A stretch of DNA of 64,000 nucleotides from a bacterium (GTDB taxonomy: Bacteria > Hinthialibacterota > Hinthialibacteria > Hinthialibacterales > Hinthialibacteraceae), in assembly GCA_963662285.2 (NCBI GenBank), contig CAXXMV010000008.1:1152001-1216000 (forward strand), written 5' to 3'. The position numbers and the translations under genes were made by a program. How positions within the stretch are numbered: position 1 is the first letter of the stretch; every line of letters begins with the position of its first letter. A model generated the notes under the pieces. The model was not told the DNA's origin and did not search any database. It saw only the letters and a program-made list of their open reading frames with translations. Below are positions 60,667-64,000 of this stretch, one piece after another.

Positions 60667-63600
60667 TTAATAAAGTCTGATTTCCTTGTTGTCTTTCAAG
60701 ATGTCTTCCAGTTCCTGCCGAATCTCTTTAATCCACTGCTCTAACTCATCCTTATTGTGAATTGTCTTCGAACCCGAAACCAGAGATTTCAAGGGAAGAT
60801 TGTGAATTGCAGGAGTTGGAGGAGTCTCATCATCTAGGCCTTCTTCCGGTTCCAGTTCTTCGATCTTCTTCAATGCCTGATCGACCAATATCTCAAGATG
60901 GCCTTCAACCGCCGCGACTTGGTTGCAATCCTGATATTGCTCCAACTCCAGAGCCAAATCATCGAAAGGTTTCAAGAATTCAGCGTGCCGAGAATCGTCA
61001 ACCTGATTGCCAATCAGTGCATCCACAATGACAGACCGCTGCGACTTCAGCAGTTGCTTTTTCAGTGTAATTTGTTTTTCGAGCTGCCTCTGGTAATCCT
61101 CGGAAATGAACTGTACAAGGGATGGAAGATCCTTGATCTGACTGTAAGGACTCGGAGAGGAAAGAATTGATTCTATATCTTCCAATTTTCCCTTAGATTC
61201 ATCACTCAAATAGAGTTTATTGCGCTCGAATTGGCCCACAAGTTTGGAAGCATTATCAAAGATTTCCACCATATTACCAAAGAAGCCTTTGACCGGTTCC
61301 AAATCATCGTGAAGATCGAGCAAATCATCTTTACGGGAATCTATCGCTTCGAAGAACGACTTGTTCTCTTTATTATCCAGAATGTTTTCAAACTGAGAAA
61401 TACACTGATCGACAGTTGCCTTGCCCGGATAATCCCGCTTCTGATAGTGGATGCGTAAGGCTTGAAGCTCTTTTAACTGAACGTCCAATAATGTGCGTAT
61501 CTTTACAGCTAAATCGTCTTCATCTTTTGGATAACTCGAATGCCCGGTGAGTTCTTTAACCGTTTTCTTGACGTTCTCTATAAGTAGCGTACCCACCTCT
61601 TCACGCAAAGTAATGACCAATTTTTCAGCATAAGGCGCTTTGATTAAATAATTGTGGAGAGTATTGTCTTTTCGATCCACAATCTCGCCGCCGCAACGGC
61701 AAATAATCTTCTTCGCAACAATCATACGGGCGACTAAACCAGAAACGTCAAGTTCGCCCCAACCATACGGCGCACGGGTGAATTTGTTTTGCAGATTTTT
61801 AAGCGTTATCTTATGGTTCATCTGCGTTTCCGTGTCGATAAACCGCTCTAATTCCTCCAGTGCAAGGCGGTTGGTTCCAATCTCGAACAAAGTATTTTCT
61901 TCAATATCGTTTGCGCTGAGAATGCGTATAACATCTTCCGGATTGCTAATAGGTTGGGTGATGTATTCAAAATATTTGTAGATATTCTGCACTAAATTTT
62001 GAAGCGCAAACTCCATTAATTCTTTAGATGATTTCCCGGTAAACTTAATATCCTGGCCGCCAAAGAATATTTCCGATCCTTTAACAGCATCCTCCAATTC
62101 CATGAGGACGCGGTTTCTTGCCTGATCGGACTCATAATTCTTGTCGCTGAGAATTTTCTGTATCGATTCTGGATTGCTCATGGAATTTTTTTGGCGAAGA
62201 TATTTCTCGGTTTGCTTAATAGTGCGGATTTCATCTAAGTAAGTGTCTCTTAGAGGAAGCCGCAACACAACACAATCACCATGTTCGATAGTTTTCGCCA
62301 TAAGAACCTGGCGATCCATATCAGACCATTCATGATTGGGCGTAATCACCCATAATGTGATTTCGTTGGTCTGCGCCCCTCGGATTCTGTTATCAACCTT
62401 TTTGTTGAAACTGAAGACGCGGTTCTTTGTATATTTGAATTTATTCTCTCGATAGATTCCCTCAAAGACTATTTCAGAAACATAATCAACGATTTCAGAT
62501 TCATCGATATCAACCTGTTGGATTTCTCTATTTACGTCTTGCTCTTCATGAGTAAGAAAATTGTATTCATCTCCATTTTGGTTAATGAGTGTTTGTTTTT
62601 TTAATCGTTGCAGCGATTCAGTAATCTGCTTTTTGAGTTCGATCTTATCTGCATCAACATGATTGAGAGAAAGCGTAGTAAGGTTTTCTATATTTTTTCG
62701 AACCTCTTTGACATATTTGATCATAAAAAGGATTTTAAGTAATTCGATATCTTGTTTTTGAAGATTGGAATTTTCATTTGCTTGCAGAAAAACTCTCCGA
62801 ATATTGGAATCCAAAAACGCTTCAAGCGCATTGTAAAAAGCATTAAGTGGTACAAGTGATCCGATTTCATTTTCCCGTACAGAAACCGCCGCATCTTGAA
62901 AAGCGCTAAGCATCGACCGTTCACCTTCAGAAAGATGCTTTCCCGTAGCCCCCATCCGCCGTATTTGCTCAAATACTTTTTGCATCAAATTAAATTGATA
63001 AGGAATGAATGGATAGAGATCAAGAAACTCTCCAACCGTCGCATACGATTTCATTTCCGCCGTGTTAGCGGAGAAAGAAACGAGATTCTTTACGATAGCG
63101 CTTTTGTCACCGTAAAAAGCTTTTAGTGTATCTTCAGCAACTTTAGTCTTGGTTAAAAGACGCTTTTTGATAACCTCATCTGTATTGGCGGAAGAGAGAT
63201 TCAAACGAGTAGAAAATCTCCCCATAATCTTTGAGAAATCATTTCCTTTGACTTTGGTAAGTGAATCGATGGCTTCCTGAGACGTTACAATAATCCAAGC
63301 CCGGCCACGCAACAGTTTGCCAAGGTCTTCCGTTACGGTTTGAAGATTTAGCATTAAATCAGTATTGTTACCAACATATTGACCGACTTCATCTACAAAG
63401 AAGAGAATCTTGTGGTTCGATCCCTTGGAATCGCAGTATTCTTTGACGTTCTTGCAGAATTTCTCGATGCTTAGGCTGTAACTCTTTTCACCATCATCAA
63501 ACCATTTACTAGCTGACTCTTTTGAAAGCCCGATGGCCTTGGATAGCGCATCAACAATGTTATCCCGGTCATAATAAAAAATATCCCGGCCTTCTTCCCA

Positions 63601-64000
63601 AGTTTGATCTGCGGTCTCGGAATAGGATTGCTTGAAGGCATCATAAGTACCTTCTCGCTGCATAGTGCGCTCCATCTCCGCCAACCAGGGGATTTCTCCA
63701 CTAAAGCCTTGTCGTTCGTTAAAGACTTTGTTGAAAACATCGACAATAGCGTCTTTTCTGGATTTACTATCTGATGATGACTTAGAATCTATATTGAAAA
63801 TAATTACTTCTAAATCACCTTTCTCAACAGAACGAGTCATGTCTCCATAGAGAAGAGGATCTTCGATTTTCTCTTTGAAATACCCCAAAGCATTTTTATC
63901 TTTTGTCGGTCGATTTTCCAAAAGATAGGAAACGATTTTCAAGAAATGAGATTTACCAGAACCGAAAAAGCCCGAAATCCATACCCCCATCTTATCGGTC
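60667..64000 (-). CDS. brxC: BREX ATPase BrxC, 5'-partial
   Basis: GVWISGFFGSGKSH, VDEVGQY, VTSQE, YPFIPYQ, APYGW; frame open to the window edge. Confidence 0.95.
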   Translation of the reverse strand, partial: TDKMGVWISGFFGSGKSHFLKIVSYLLENRPTKDKNALGYFKEKIEDPLLYGDMTRSVEKGDLEVIIFNIDSKSSSDSKSRKDAIVDVFNKVFNERQGFSGEIPWLAEMERTMQREGTYDAFKQSYSETADQTWEEGRDIFYYDRDNIVDALSKAIGLSKESASKWFDDGEKSYSLSIEKFCKNVKEYCDSKGSNHKILFFVDEVGQYVGNNTDLMLNLQTVTEDLGKLLRGRAWIIVTSQEAIDSLTKVKGNDFSKIMGRFSTRLNLSSANTDEVIKKRLLTKTKVAEDTLKAFYGDKSAIVKNLVSFSANTAEMKSYATVGEFLDLYPFIPYQFNLMQKVFEQIRRMGATGKHLSEGERSMLSAFQDAAVSVRENEIGSLVPLNAFYNALEAFLDSNIRRVFLQANENSNLQKQDIELLKILFMIKYVKEVRKNIENLTTLSLNHVDADKIELKKQITESLQRLKKQTLINQNGDEYNFLTHEEQDVNREIQQVDIDESEIVDYVSEIVFEGIYRENKFKYTKNRVFSFNKKVDNRIRGAQTNEITLWVITPNHEWSDMDRQVLMAKTIEHGDCVVLRLPLRDTYLDEIRTIKQTEKYLRQKNSMSNPESIQKILSDKNYESDQARNRVLMELEDAVKGSEIFFGGQDIKFTGKSSKELMEFALQNLVQNIYKYFEYITQPISNPEDVIRILSANDIEENTLFEIGTNRLALEELERFIDTETQMNHKITLKNLQNKFTRAPYGWGELDVSGLVARMIVAKKIICRCGGEIVDRKDNTLHNYLIKAPYAEKLVITLREEVGTLLIENVKKTVKELTGHSSYPKDEDDLAVKIRTLLDVQLKELQALRIHYQKRDYPGKATVDQCISQFENILDNKENKSFFEAIDSRKDDLLDLHDDLEPVKGFFGNMVEIFDNASKLVGQFERNKLYLSDESKGKLEDIESILSSPSPYSQIKDLPSLVQFISEDYQRQLEKQITLKKQLLKSQRSVIVDALIGNQVDDSRHAEFLKPFDDLALELEQYQDCNQVAAVEGHLEILVDQALKKIEELEPEEGLDDETPPTPAIHNLPLKSLVSGSKTIHNKDELEQWIKEIRQELEDILKDNKEIRLY

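Noticed and set aside
54-63850. Numerous 60-230 aa antisense or overlapping ORFs in the track
   Set aside because: Shadows of longer, motif-supported genes, with no RBS or motifs of their own

Overview
Bacterial accessory/defence-island window with no rRNA, tRNA or CRISPR array seen. (1) 1-15.5 kb: tandem array of DUF4062-NACHT-WD40 (NLR/STAND-like) genes. Copy 2 is split by a complete IS21 (4041-6844, ATCAT target duplication). Copy 3 is split by an unusual ~1.85 kb element that carries only two DUF1670-type genes between imperfect inverted ends. This is the best candidate for an undescribed mobile system, and its proteins show a tyrosine-recombinase-like C-terminal H..Y motif. (2) 15.8-22.8 kb (-): tightly coupled 4-gene operon of an S1-S1-REC-GAF histidine kinase, a REC-PAS-GAF kinase, a receiver protein and an MBL-fold hydrolase. 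(3) 23-44.8 kb: integrative-element-like region with paired arm-type repeats, AT-rich orphans, an archaeal-type Cdc6/Orc1, a HerA/DUF87-like ATPase-nuclease and two MoxR-type AAA/vWA pairs. (4) 44.9-64 kb (-): YhaN/YhaO (SbcCD-like) pair, a truncated putative nuclease, a TIR protein and a type 1 BREX system (brxC, pglX, pglZ, brxL) with an inserted RelE/ParE-type TA pair. All family calls come from motif recognition by eye; no database search was run.
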